Shown here one piece after another: positions 40,411 through 55,175 of a DNA stretch of 64,000 bases. The notes below the pieces were generated by a model. It saw nothing but the letters and a program-made list of their open reading frames with translations. It did not search any database and was not told where the DNA came from. The stretch comes from Octopus sinensis (taxonomy: Eukaryota): the NCBI RefSeq assembly GCF_006345805.1, contig NC_043000.1, positions 116,436,001-116,500,000 on the forward strand, written 5' to 3'. The position numbers and the translations under genes were made by a program. Each line of letters opens with the position of its first letter. The first letter of the stretch is position 1.

Positions 40411-41091
40411 CTTCCCCTCAAGTACAACTCGATTATCATCATATTTCGTTTCTCTAACATTTCTCTTCAACTACACATATATAATATAATTAACACCCAC
40501 TCTGTAGTGATGCTACAGGCAATAATTTGTGAGTATATTTTTTTATTTCATGTGGGTAATAATCCTTTATATCGAACCCTCTGTAAATACAAAGATGATC
40601 AAATGCATGTGAAAAATGTTAGTCAGTTGTTTACGTGTCGCCTGTAATAAAGTAAAGACAACATACATCACGGTCTTCTCTGTGTGAATGATATGAAGAA
40701 AAGGAATAATTGAATATAGGGTTTCTTATAGTATTGGGGAGGTGGGCCGATTCGGATAAAGCTTTATGCCATTGAATATTGTTTTATAGCGGCTCGAATT
40801 GGATAGGATTTCAAACGAATATTTCGTGAAACCACGACGATATTATTTAAGCATCTCTTTAAAAAAATGGAGGCTTCATTACACATTTAATGATGTAACA
40901 AATCGCTGTTCTTTATGTTACAGAGCATGTGGTGAAGGACTAATTTAGTCTTTGATTTTCTTTTTTAAGCTTGGACGAACGAGAATGATTGTGGTTTCCG
41001 AGTAAATGAAGCATCATGCAATTTACCTGTTTTTTTTCAACGGACTTATAAACACAATTCTTGTTTGAATAACCTTCCCTAGAATCAAATC

Positions 41092-41295
41092 AGCGAGCTG
41101 GCAAGATCGTTACCGAACCAGGCTTAGCGGTATTTCGCCCGTTATTAAATTTTGAGTTCAAATTCCGCAGAGATCATCTTTGCCTTTCGTCCCTCGATAA
41201 CGATAAAAATTATTGCTAGTTCAATGTAATCAACTAACTTCTTCCTCACCACCCTAAGGTTGCTGGCCTTATGCCAAAATTTGAAAGCTATTAGA
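41092..41295 (+). mobile_element. SINE family A, diverged
   Basis: gcgagctggcaagatcgtta...gttcaaattccgc. Confidence 0.65.
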
Positions 41296-41816
41296 ATGTA
41301 TTAGTGAACTAAACTACGAGATGCTTCTGTTCTCTTCCTTTAAAAAAAGATAGAAAAATTACCACTTGAACAATTAACACACTGGAGTGGGTTTACTTTT
41401 TGCCGAGTGAATTAACCTCACTGTTACTTTCTCATAACCATTTTCGTTTAAATTTCGAGCAGAGATTCACTCGAAAGTTTTGCGCAATTTTTAAATAAAT
41501 TTAAATTTCGCTGACCGAAGATTAACAAAAATACAAAAAAACTTTCACGCAATGTCACACACGAAGCAAAGAAGATGAAATGGGGCGTAGGTCGTACTTT
41601 GCCGACTCTAATCTAATTTTACCGCCTCGGTATATAGTCAAATATTCCCATTGCAGACAGGGTGTTCTACACAAATAATCTTATTTTAATTACTTTATAT
41701 TTGGCAAACGTTTCTTACATTCCTTCTAATCCTTGCAAACATTATCATACAGATAATGCCAGATGTGGAATCCTCTCTCTCTCTCTCTCATATATATATA
41801 GAGAGAGAAAGAAAAC

Positions 41817-41859
<43 letters not shown>

Positions 41860-41860
<1 letters not shown>

Positions 41861-42000
41861 CAACATCGAAAAATACCTTAGGAATGAGAACCCTGGTTCG
41901 AAATTTCCCCAAAACACCTAAAGAAGTCTGGGGGGGTATATCAGCCGAAACGTTGTGTTAACAACAAACAAGATGAGGACAAATATCCGTCGAATGTAAA
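41860..42000 (+). mobile_element. Repeat family F with hammerhead (41913-41959, core G5A)
   Basis: AACAC-CUAAAGA-A-GUCUG...UCAGCC-GAAA-CG-UU|GUGUU: perfect 5-bp stem I. Confidence 0.65.
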
Positions 42001-42130
42001 TAGTGTAAAAAATGTATAAAACTATAAAACTACAAATCTATAAAACAGCCTATAAAACTATAAATCTGCAAATATTCTACACTCCAGCTTTCTCTTCCGT
42101 ACTTTCTCCTTCGGTAATAGGTACAAGTAT

Positions 42131-42290
42131 GAAGGCGGCGAGCTGGCAGCGTCGTTAGCATGCCGGGCAATATGCTCGGCAGTAATTCGTCCGGTTTTAC
42201 ATTCAGAGTTCACATTCCGCCGAGGACGACTTTACTATTATTCCTCCTCTGGGGTCGATTTAATCATCGGCTTATCCCACCACCCGAAAA
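42131..42290 (+). mobile_element. SINE family A
   Basis: gaaggcggcgagctggcagcgtcgttagc. Confidence 0.7.
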
Positions 42291-42589
42291 ATCTGAAACC
42301 AACATATACATACATTTGTGTGTGAGTGTGACTGCGCTTGTATGTATATATATATATATATATATAATATAAATATATATATATAATATAAATAATTTGG
42401 GAAAACAAATTTCCAAATCAATCAGGTGTAATCCTACAGCGTTATATGCATCTACATATGGTACTTTGGGGTCTTATTTATCGTATATTTATATATTTAT
42501 CTATGCATATATACAAAGTATCTGATAATACTCAAAAATTGAATATGTGTATATATGTAGGAAGAATTCACGAAAAATTGAAAGACGAA

Positions 42590-42730
42590 GAGAGGTGGTG
42601 TAGACAACAAACAGATGTATTAGTATAACGCTCGGGAATTGAAAAAGTATTTTACGTTTCGAGCCTACGCTCTTCTGCAGAAAAGAACACAGCAAGAAAC
42701 AAGGAGAGAAAAAACACGTGTCAAGTGGCT
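42590..42730 (-). mobile_element. Family E-related repeat with hammerhead-like motif (42650-42684)
   Basis: tttt-CTGCAGA-A-GAGC-gtag-GCTC-GAAA-C-GTA|aaa. Confidence 0.55.
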
Positions 42731-43554
42731 ACCGATCTATCATGGCGACTAGATGCATATATATGCATCTATGGGAATATATCTGTGTTAGACTAAAAGT
42801 AAAATCGACGCGCGCGTAAGCGTGATCTCGGGGTTTATAATCGTATGCAAACAAATGGACATAATAAAATGTGAAAAAAAAACAGAAAAAAAACTGACCA
42901 ATGGAAAATTGATTGATATCTATTGACTTTTTCACTATTTATGGATACATTTGTTTTGTTTTCTTTGTGTATCATATAATTATCATTTCGTTTGATATTT
43001 TCTTTCCTTTTAATGTTCGCCGTAGTTTTAATTCACTCGTAGAATTATTCTATGACCTACGAGTCCTTTTACCGTTTCCTAGATTTGTTTTATTGTATTT
43101 CTGCCAGAATATCTGGTTCACACAACCACGCACATTCACACACAGACGCAGAATCCCCGTAGGCACAGGCACACACATACGCATACATGTGCTTACAGTA
43201 TTCTATAATTCTTCTGTTCTTTTGCTTGCTTCTGCCATTAGACTGTGACACCGAGACCATGCCGGAGCACAAACCTAAGGGCTTTTATGCGATTAGGTCG
43301 ACTTCAATACTTATATTTTTAAAGTGCGTATATTTTCTCGGTTTCTTTTACTAGCCCGATAGTTTACGTTGACATTAACAAAACAACACCGTTTCGGAAG
43401 CTGGGAGATTACACATAGACACAGACAAAGACACATACACTCATATACACACATACGCATATATATGTATACACGCACACACTTACACGCACACAACCAG
43501 CCCACACATATATATCGAATATTTGGTGAGCGCTCCCGAATTTTAGAAGCTGTA

Positions 43555-43600
<46 letters not shown>

Positions 43601-44228
43601 GTAATTATATTTCATAAACTTAAAGCATATAAGCGATCACTGTGCATTGACTAATGTTAACAGCCTAATATTGGGGCATATAAGCCCTCGACGGAGAAAA
43701 GTAGGGTTTGCAGTACGCATGAGATTTGAACCCACACCTCTATGTATTCACGACAAGCGTGCTACCATTACCCTAACGTGCATATATATATATATATGTA
43801 TGTATGTGTATATATATATTTATATATATATATATACACATACATACATGTACATAGATATACATACATACAAGATTTTCAGTGACAACAGCATCCAGCT
43901 CTCTTGAATCAAGTTCTGTGGCTCATCTTTTGGCTCATCATTCAAACTCAAATCCCACTTCTAAAATGAGAAAAATCATCTCCTGCAACTTCTTTCACTC
44001 ACTACATCATCCCCGTAAAATCTCTGACGAAACTTTGCCGATGTGCTCGCAATGAGATCTTTATGCAACACATGGAGTAAGACAGATCTAATGTGATTTT
44101 TAGACAGGACGAACATGGTTGCGAATATAGCAGAAGATTATGGGCAATATAATCAGAATCTGAAAGAAAAATCTATAAATTACTTCAGTTCTATATTTAA
44201 GAGATGAGGAATTCTGTACATTATTTAC

Positions 44229-44374
44229 ATTATTTACATTTGGCGGATATTTGTCCTCATCTTGTTTGTTGTTAACACAACGTTTCGGCTGATGAAGGCC
44301 GGAGGGTATAGCAACCGAAAGGCTGTGTTAACAACAAACAGGATGAGGACAAATATCTGTCAAACGTAAATAAT
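44229..44374. repeat. Fold-back of family F with a hammerhead core at the turn
   Basis: about 60-bp arms; centre ctgatga-a-ggccgg-agggtata-gcaacc-gaaa. Confidence 0.85.
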
Positions 44375-45101
44375 ATATAAATTACTCATTGTGACATTCT
44401 TAAAACATTGCAAGGGGCACGATTTTTAAAAAAATACTATCTAAAACTGTTTTGTGAAGAATCGGCCATTACCTTTGCACCAACGTGATATATACGGTGA
44501 AATTCTACTCAGTTCAGGAAACCAAATTCATTGTCAAAGTATTGGTGAACCTGAGGCTGTAGAAGAAAATACTTGCCTAAGGTGCTGCAAGGTGAAATTG
44601 AACCCGAAGCCATATGTTGCCAAAGCGAGCTTCTTTAACAAACAGACATGCCTGAGGCTGTACGTATATGTCAGAATGTGAGGAAGAGATTATGAAGAAT
44701 AGGTGAAAGAATCAGACAAATAGAATGTACTGTAACAGATTATTCATGTCCAGCCGTATCGTTGACACGAAAAGGTCAACCACGTATTGACCATACAAAG
44801 CATTGGACGATTATCGGAATAGCTTAGCAAAGTTTACAGCAGAAATGTTAACGTCAGCTCAATAAATGATAGCAGACTAAATTAAATAAGCGATGAAAAA
44901 CTAGTAAATTTCGTGCTTTGGCCCCTATAAAAGAATCTACGTTTTAAATAGCTTTCATCAATCCGAATCTACGTGTCATAAGATAACACAAAAAAGAATT
45001 ATGGCTTTTCGATTCCGTAACATACAATTGCTAAACGAGAATGATTCCATGAGGAAAATGGATTCTGTAATATGCAACACAGTGACTTACTTCTATACAT
45101 G

Positions 45102-45154
<53 letters not shown>

Positions 45155-45238
45155 ATATATATAATATATATATATATATATAATATATATATATACACAT
45201 ATGCACGCATATATATCTGTGTGTGTGTGAATATGTGC

Positions 45239-45274
<36 letters not shown>

Positions 45275-45878
45275 GAACACACACAGACTATGTATGCTTT
45301 ATTGGAGACTTAATTCAGAAAGTTCTTCCCTCGTACCATTTGTAACAGTACAGCGTCTGAAATTCTCTTTCCCATTTGTGTGTGCGTCTATATGTGCTTG
45401 TGTGTGTGTGTGTATGCGTGTCTGTGAGTGCGTATATGTGTATACGTAACAGCGTAAGGACAACGAAAGATCCATGCACGTCGTCTCGCATTAGACATAG
45501 TCATCAACTAGGAAGAAAAATCAAGAATCGGAAGAACTGTTGCTCTTTGACATCTGGAATATTGAAAAAACTTTTCTCTACTAAGAGATACGCAGGCAAT
45601 TCCTTAAACTATATATATATATAAATGTGTTTATCAATAACGCATACATATTCATATAGATACGCGATACACACGGAGACAAAGGCACTCGAATGCATAT
45701 TGTACTTATCTTTGTTTGTGTGTTTCATATTGTAGAACAATGGTGCCTTTGGCTTCTTACTCCTAACGCACCCAACACTGGTCTTTTAAACAAAACATTT
45801 TCTTTACATACAGCGCAGACTTTTTTGCAGCGACAGCATCTCTCCGTTAATTCCCCACCCATGTATATAGATATATAT

Positions 45879-45912
<34 letters not shown>

Positions 45913-47228
45913 CATACACTTTATATGCATATATGTGTATACGCACACACACACCACACATATATATGCATGTATGTATATATGTATATAATATATATAT
46001 GTATAAATGTATATGTATGTATATACAAGGTAATATACATATATGTATATATATATATGTATTTATATATGTGTGTATATATGTATATATATATAATTAT
46101 ATATATGTATGAATATATATTTATCAATATATATGTATATATATGAATATATATATCTATATATATGTATATACATATGTGTGTCTATATATGTCTAATA
46201 TATATATGTGTGTGTGTGTGTGTGTATGTGTGTGTGTGTTTGTGCTTGTGTACTGCATGAATATATCTGTATATGAAGGAAACACACAAATGTGTGTATG
46301 GTTGGATGTTCGCCGAGAAAATGTCGACAAGCAGAAAGATTGCCACAGTTACGTTTAATGATTTCTATTGAAAAGCGATTCTGTAATCTTACGTATATAC
46401 ATATATTCACAAATATATCTATATCTGTATATCTATCCATGAATGTATGTATGAATATATGTGAATGCGTTTCTCTAAATATGTTTTTCAGTGAGCCTTT
46501 ATGTCTATGTACGTATACGAATGTAAGTATACATTTATATACATATATACATACATTCATACGAAATGTTTTTCTGCATTATTGAATATTTCAACAGTAT
46601 TCAATTTACATATACAAGCAGTACGCCTTCCTGGCACGTGATTTTGATAAGGTCGTTCCTCTACTGAAATGACGTATGGAAGTGATGACAGTCGATTCGC
46701 ATTCATACCGGTTTAGTTATAAGACGGAGATATGCTCTGAAATCATAATATATAGCATAGAAATGCAATATTTCTGTATCTTATTAATGGATATAGAAAT
46801 ACGCAAGAATATATTCGGTGATAGAGATATGGTTTCAGACATGCAAAGTATACAGACACTAACACACACATATATACAAACACACATGTTTACATATATA
46901 CAGACAGACGTTCACACAAACACATATTTTATACAGGAAGGAACAGACATTTATCCAATATTTAAATGTGATGTATAAAATAAATTGCTGGACACCTCGT
47001 TGGTCACAGATGTACATCAGTAGATTGTCAGGCGTGTGTATGTTTTCCAAAATTGGCGACGTTTAAGTGGATTGAGGTGAAAGGGGTTATGTAGCAGAAA
47101 GAAAACAAATGTCTACTGGCAGACTTACTTTATAGTTTCAGGCAAACATTCATAATGATAAATGATTTCCTTCGACCAACGGGCAAGCCTGCACTCACAT
47201 GTACATCTACCCAAGAGTTATCTGTAAG

Positions 47229-47259
<31 letters not shown>

Positions 47260-47310
47260 TGTTTAATTTCTAAATGTCTCAACGAGACATGAGCGGTGGA
47301 GGGGCGATAT

Positions 47311-47636
47311 AGTGGTTGTATACTGTCAACTCAACGTGACAGTCCCGTAAAGGGAATTACACCACCGCTATATAGCCCTAGGAAGCATCGACGCTTCCTA
47401 TCGGCTTTGACACATTTGCTGTGTCCTTATATTTGCAAAGGACTGACAACGAGCAAGGCCAAGAAACATGCATGTCTCCAGGTTGCTAACTCTAGCCGGT
47501 GGGGGTGCTCGCCTCCCCTTTGCAAATATCAGGACACAGCAAATGTGTCAACGCCGACAGGAAGCGTCGATGGGCTATATAGCGATGGTAAAATTCCCTC
47601 TACGGGACTGTCACGTTATGTTGACTTATACAACCA

Positions 47637-47638
<2 letters not shown>
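47311..47638. mobile_element. MITE with about 125-bp terminal inverted repeats
   Basis: agtggttgtata...atttgcaaagg versus cctttgcaaat...tatacaaccact. Confidence 0.85.
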
Positions 47639-47694
<56 letters not shown>

Positions 47695-47797
47695 TTATAT
47701 ATATATATATATATATATATAAAGAGAGAGAGGGGAGAGAGAAAGAAAGAGAATGAGAGACAGAGACATATACATACCTGTAAATACACATGTCATA

Positions 47798-48090
47798 CGT
47801 GGTCTGATGAATAAGTATTCGGAATTTTGGCATATTAACTAAGCTAAAGCACGCAGAGTGGAGTCGCTTAGCACAAATTGACCTTGAACTCTGCTGAGCA
47901 TGCGCACTAACTTTTAATGTTCTGACAAAATTTCGCTGTTTACAGCACTGCTTGGAAGGAACGTGTGTAGCGCGTGATCGTCGCATTGACCATGACAGAG
48001 AAAGTTGAGCAGAGACTCTGCATCTAATTTTTCCAAAAGCTTAGCGATACCTGCTCAGCGGCCTACACAACATTTAAAAACGTGTTCCTC
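47798..48090 (+). mobile_element. Mariner 5' end: TIR and transposase N-terminus
   Basis: TA+CGTGGTCTGATGAATAAGTATTCGGAATTTT; ATG at 47992 gives MTEKVEQRLCI*FFQKLSDTCSAAY. Confidence 0.7.
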
Positions 48091-48399
48091 TTTCTCGATA
48101 CAATTGAGGAGATCTTGTACGACTGAAACCGGAGTGTCACTGATGATGTGTCCAGATGCATCAGTCACGTGTTAGTGGGTAGGTGGGTGGTCCCCCATAG
48201 GTATAAATAGGGAAATAAACACAATCCTACAGATACATGTTAGTTATTACTCATAATAATATTATTTGACAATGCTGGATCCTGTGATTACATAAAATAA
48301 GCATCTATATACAGAGAGGGTACATCCGGACAACCATACTTTATATATATATATATATTTATATTTATGTATATATGTATATATAGTCAATTCAAAATA

Positions 48400-48575
48400 G
48401 AAGAAAATAAGAAGAAAAATGAGCATGCACAACCAATCTATTAATTTGTTTGATGCTCGGTGTCGGCGAAAGGAGAGAGTTGTTAACGCTTCGAGCAAAG
48501 CTCTTCGTCGGAAAGGGAGAAGTTCAAAGAGAAAGAAGGAAAACTAAGGGAAAATCGCCAACAACCCGCATGCAA
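48400..48575 (-). mobile_element. Repeat family E with decayed hammerhead (48482-48514)
   Basis: CCGACGA-A-GAGC-ttt-GCTC-GAAG-CGTT. Confidence 0.6.
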
Positions 48576-49843
48576 TTATGTGTGTGTGCGTGTGCGTGTG
48601 TGTGTCTCGTGTAGCCCCTGCTCCCACAGTTATGGTCTATCAAATTCACTTACAAAGTATTTGTATAGTCATTGCTATAAGAGAAGATTTCTCACAGTGG
48701 GACTGACCCTGAACCCGCGTGGCTTTACACCGAACTGCATGAAGTATTCAAACATGAATGTTGCGAACATTTTTAAAAGAACAATCTACAACAGATTATG
48801 TAGAGATGTAAATTTTATAACAAAAAAATCAATAATATTGATGTTCGTTTAAAAGTCTGCTTGTCTTTGCTTCGATCTATTTACGTTTAAGTAAAAAAAA
48901 TTATTGTGACTTGTGACATATTTGTCTTTAAGATCTTTAATTTACTAAATCGATGTTTGTTTACAAAATATCTTTAAAAAATATTTCTCGAAATTTTGTG
49001 AACACGTCTAAAATATCTTTTATATTAGAATAAATGTACATATACAAAACTGATTGACGAATAATAAACATCAAAACACTTCTTTACAAACCACAGGGAA
49101 GAGAATTTAATGATAACAATAGCACTTACAGAGCGCAAACTTCCGCCAAGGCAATACCAAATTTCTCTCAACGATTAGCCAGAGGTGATTTTTAAAATGA
49201 GAATATCTGAAATAAACTCGATTGCTCTCACAAACGAGAATACTGAGTATGAATCCGAACGCTCCCAAAAATTAAGTAAAGAGACCGGAGAAAGAAACCA
49301 GAATCCTTGTGCTGCATCAGATCGATGCTAAAATCTAATCAGTTCGTGCAAGGCATGAGGCCAAACATCCCTGAAAGTTTCATCCGAATCCATCCAGAGT
49401 TTCTTGAGATATCTTCTCCATGGACAAACTATACCTACGACTAAATGAAGGCGGATGTATTTATATCAACTCATGAATAGGCCACATAGACTATGGTCGT
49501 TTTGTGCCCCGTAGAAACTTTTACCCACCAAAGTAATGCATTTGTGCTGGCAAAAATGATTAGTATATGAATTTCGAAGGGCTAAACTTGTCAAAACATA
49601 GGGCAACTTAGTATACCTGAGAACTACGTCAAGGGTTCGTGTGATTGTGGAGTGCTAGGCCTCTTGCACGTTAAGTTCACGAGCAGGCTGCTCTGTTGAT
49701 GGAAGCAACTGGAACCCCCGTCGTATATATATATATAAATACACATGCATATGTATATACATACAAACATATATACATACATATACACTTACATATATAC
49801 ATACATATACCACATATATAGATACACACATACTTATATACAT

Positions 49844-49912
<69 letters not shown>

Positions 49913-50381
49913 CACTGATACATATATACATATATGTATATATATGTGTGTGTGTGTGTGTCAAAATAGATAGATAGATAGATAGATAGATAGAAAGATA
50001 GGTAGATATAAAACCAATTCTCACTGTAGCGTAATGCGTTTAAGGTTAAGGCAATTCTACGCAACACCATCGATAAACTGTCATGACGCAAGCCTGTCTC
50101 CCGCGAAACAGCTGACCTTTTGATCGAAGTGCTAAAGTTCTGTAAAACTAAGCACTACCAGTGACCTGAATATACTCCATCAGAATTAGACGCTTTACTA
50201 TGATAGATATTGAAAGCTGCAATACTCTCAGAAAATTTATTTACATTGATCCCTTCTCTGAAATCGTAAGTGCAGAAGAAATCTGCCTATATTTCTATGA
50301 GAAGCTTCATCTCCCATAGATATGCAAGATCGCCTCTCATTCCCCTTCTAGTGTTCATCGTATTTGAAGCTCATAATTATC

Positions 50382-50649
50382 TTTTATTTTCTCTCTTTTA
50401 CTTGTTTCAGTTATTAGATTGCGGTCATGCCGGAGCACAGCCTGGAAGAATTTTAGTTGAACGAATCAACCCTAGTATTTATTTTTTTAAAATCCTGTAT
50501 TTCTCTAGGTTACCTTTTGCCGAACAGCTACGTAACGGGACGTAAACACACCAACACGGGTTGTCACGTGGTTGTGGTGGGAGACAAGCACAGACACAAA
50601 GATACATGCACACACACACAAACGCACAGACATTCATACACACAACCTA

Positions 50650-50691
<42 letters not shown>

Positions 50692-50848
50692 CACTACAAG
50701 CTTCTTTCAGTTTCTGTTTACCAAATCCACTCACGAGGCTTGGTTGGCCCGAGACTATAGTAGAGATCAGTTGCTCAATACTCCAAGCAGTGGAATTGAA
50801 CCTATAACCATGTGGTTGGGAAGCAAACGTGTTACTACACAGCCACGA
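50382..50848 (-). mobile_element. SINE family B, diverged
   Basis: both halves are recognisable. Confidence 0.75.
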
Positions 50849-51340
50849 CAAATGTTATGTATATTACTAATTTTCTTTTCCGTCGTATCCTCTTTCAGAA
50901 ATCTATCTACTTCTTGCGTTGCTCATATCAATTATCGCCTTGTATTCGATTCATTGTGAAGTCACTCGGCCTAATGGTTAGAGTATTCTACTCACGATTG
51001 AAAAGTCACGGATTCAATTCCGGGCCGGGACGGAGCGTTATGTTCTTTCCTGAAAAACCTTATTTCACGTTGCTCTGCGATTAGCTCAACATCTGAGGTT
51101 TGACTCGCCGTGTATCTGTACAGGCAGTGCCAATTTGTATGTATGCATACAATTCTGTATAAATATATATTTATACAGAAGTGTCTGTGTGATAAGATGC
51201 TTGCTTCCCAACCACATGGTTCCGGGTTCAGTCCGGAACCATGGGGCGTGATACCTTGAGCAAGTGTCCTCTACTATAGCCTCGAGCCCATCAAAGCCTT
51301 ATGAGTCGATTTGTTAGACGGAAACTGAAAGAAGCATGTC

Positions 51341-51389
<49 letters not shown>

Positions 51390-51398
51390 TATATATAT

Positions 51399-54300
51399 CA
51401 GTGGCGTGCGGTGACTTCCGGCGTTGGGCATGCAATTAATTTCATTGCCCCCCCCCCGGCAATATTTCAGTAAGACATTTTCGTATTCCTACGATTTACA
51501 TATAAGAGATTCTGAATATGCAGAATAAACAGGGAATAAAAAATGGCTGTGCAGAGATGATCCTGAAATAAGTGTATTGTTTGTATTATTCTTTGCTCTT
51601 CGAAACGTCAGTACTTTCCCATCCTCATTCTCCCTTAGAAAAGTCTAAAAATCATAAGTGAAATGTAATAAAGATGAAATTGGATTCTGTCAATATTTTT
51701 GCATATTCAGAATCTCTGTTAAAGGTAGGAATCCGAAAAAAAATTTTCACATAAATTCGTTTTTCAAAGGGGTGCGATTCTGCATTAGCCCCTATACTAT
51801 CGGTTGAGCTGGATGAAATGATTTAATTAAAAGAACACATTTAGTTACATTATATGGCCATGGTTTTAGATCGTTACGCTCTCGAAGACAAGTCAGGTTC
51901 TTTATCATGCTACTTGTCAATTCCGGGAAAATTATTGACTGTTCTGAGACTTACTGAACTCCGTACATTAAAGGACTACGTCTCACGCACAAACATTGAA
52001 AATACACGCATATACATGAATACGCACACAATGAAAGACAGCGAAAATTCAACATTGTAAAAAGCCTCCCAAAACTGTTGTGGCAGAAATCAACATCTCT
52101 GAGATTGAAACAAGACACTTATTGAAAGTGAAACAAAACACTTATTTACGGCCGTAAATAGACTACACCCAGCAGCACAGAAAGGGAAATCTATGTAGAT
52201 TAGGTTTCACGAAGAAATCAAAACATTTCTCCTGCGAAACAATACTGATGTAAGAAGGTCGAACCTTTCGTTATAACAAACACTAAGCAAAACCTGTAAT
52301 ATATGCTCTTTAATATATTATTTTTTTTTATGTTTTAAAACGTTACTTAGCTCATTTATAAATTAATTCAATTCTTCGATCTTTCTGGGCAAATATATCT
52401 ATCACATTTTCATAGAAATCTTCTCTTTTCATCAATTCTTGTAATAAATCTTTTTCAATTGACATTAGTGCTAACCAGACAGTCTTCTTTCTCCTGTCGC
52501 ATTTCTTTGGTATGTTTAATTCTACTTAATGCAGAAAAGGATCGCTCTACAGAAGCAGTGGTAGACGGAATTGTCAAAATCAACTTGCACAGATTGAAGA
52601 GTTCTGGCATAGCTTCAACAAGATCAGTGCTGTTAATGTAACTCATTAAATGACTTACACTTGGTTTTTTTAAAATATTTCATTGAATACATCACATTGA
52701 GCTCACTTTGTAATCGTATTACATCAAAAAATCTGCCATAAGTTGTTCTTAAAGAATCTAAAGAGTCCACAGGAATTGTTTGCAATACTCATCAACTTTG
52801 TTGAAATTCAAAAGTTCCATGAATTTAAACTCTTCTAAGGATGAATATCGTGCTTTTATTGGTCAACTATTGTACTTATAATTTTGTTAAAAGCGTTCTA
52901 TAATGTCGTTGGGGATCAATAGATATATTCTTGGATCTCTGAATTCCGATTCCTGCATCGACTCCATATTTTTCCCCCTAACCTATCATAAAAGACTGAA
53001 AAATTATCAAGTTTGTTTTCGAGTACAGTTCTAGTTTTATCTATTTGCTGTTTACAATACACTATGTCATGACTTTTACTCTGGAGTATGATTAAATAAG
53101 ACGTCAGTAAAAGAAAAATGTCACTGAATACCTCTAACAAAAATAAGAAATCAGGAGCTTTTAAAGTGTGTAAGAATCCAATTGCTGAATTTATGGTGGT
53201 ATCATCCCATGCTTCAGGATTTTCAATGATGTGTACAAAAAGGCTGATTATGAAATTATAATTTTCCTTTGTGGTAATAATAAGACGTGAGGAGTAATTC
53301 CATTTAGTTGCTGTTGCTTTCGGAAATCTTTTTTTAACAATATTATCTAATGCATTAGTCCTTTTCGGTGATTTCGTAAAAAAATGTACCGAGTCCGTTT
53401 ATTGTAGAAAAAAATATCTTGCATTCTTTCATAGCAGAGCATGATTGTGAAAGAACTAAATTTAGGATATGGGCACAACAATGAATAAAGATCGCACATT
53501 CATATTTCTTTCTTACTTTTGCCTGTAACCCATTTAGTTGTCCTGCCATTGTAGCGGCACCATCATATGTCTGCGCAATCAATTTGTTTCCACATTCCCA
53601 CGTCTCAATGCATTTAAAAACATGTTCAGATAAAGCATTTGCAGATCGATCTTCACTAACATCACTAAAACGATAAATCGTTCTTTCGTCACACAGTCTT
53701 CTGTAACATAACGTAAAACTGTTGACAGTTGTGAAGATGCTGAGACATCAGATGTCTCATCAACAAGAATAGAAACAAACTTAGCTTGGTCAATTTCCTT
53801 CTGCATCTCATTCAACATAACTTTATGAATTGCTTCGATCAAGTCATTTTGAATTCTGTTCGACAGACCAGTGAAGATAGAAGCTGTATCTAAATGACAT
53901 TCCATATGTTTGTCATATTTACTGATCAAATAAACGAGTTCTTTATAATTTCCCCGATTATTAGAGCCTTCAGATTCAAAATGACCCCGAAACGACAATT
54001 CCTGGAGGCCTAAAAAAATAACAACATCGATCAATCGTTGCAGAATGGATCTGTTTCGTCGAACTTTCTCATTATGTTGTTGTATGCTTTGATTTTTACG
54101 TGCATCTAATTGTAAGTCTATGCGAACATTCCCGAATATTTTAAGGTCTATCAAACATTTTATATGCCTTTGAGAACGCTCGTGCTTTAGCATAGCCATA
54201 TGTAAATTATTTAAATCATCATAGCCTTTATCATTCCAAACATTTTTTCTAAGCCAAAAAGTAAACACGGCCAACAGAATAATTTATTAAGAGCAACACT

Positions 54301-55175
54301 TCCAGTTAACCATTTCTTCTTTTCATACGAATTAACCTGAAATTGTCTCGTGAATTTCTTGTTGTAGCTTCGCAAATTAGGTAAATTCGGTGTTGGTCTG
54401 CCACGATTTATAATTAATTTTTTCCCATCGAAGTCCCTTTTAGAAAAACTAGTTCTCAAAATATCGTTTATAGCACACATTTCACTCATTTTGAAAAAGG
54501 CTGCTCTTATTTAAGGACCCACGTGGAAGCGCCGGCGTCAATTTCAACAAAACGGAAAAATACCCTTTGTTAAATTAATTTAAGATTAATCAGCTATTTC
54601 TGAAATAAGAAATATAATATAGATATTTTTGCTTTCAAAACTTTCTAAAAATATAATAGTGCAAACGGATGTTTTGGGTAAAAAATTTCTTACTTACAAG
54701 CGAAGGCTATTCCAACATTTCAGCTGGCTAAAACAAGAATTATGGGACGGGTCTTGTTCCGGTCAAAATAGCCAGAGAAGCGTGATATGCGATCTTAGAA
54801 CAGCATGACACGCCAAACTGAATTTGTCGAATCGTTGAGAGAGAAAGGGGTGACCATTTCTCGTAGCATATATTTTAAACAAAGAAAGAGGAAGAAGGGA
54901 CAAACTATCAAAGACAGAGAGAAGGGAACTCATGCTGTCTTCTCAACGCATGACAAGCGATAAATTTATCGAGTCACTAAGATACAGAGAGAGAGGGGGA
55001 AGGAAGGACAAACTAATACAGACAGAGAGGGAGTGTGTATCATGCGATCTTCTAAAAGCATTTATCAAAGCAGATGTACGAAGTGGAGACAATATTTCTA
55101 AAACAACTGGACGTATTTTCTTTGAAACAAAGAAGGCATGCAGCGCATACCTTGCGTTGCTGAGAGTGCACGCCC

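Noticed and set aside
47803-47830. CTGATGA motif as a hammerhead core
   Set aside because: It lies within the mariner TIR; no stem II or GAAA follows.
50078-50120. ctgtcatga...gaaacagctga
   Set aside because: The core has a 2-nt insertion, stem II is weak and the NUH is missing.
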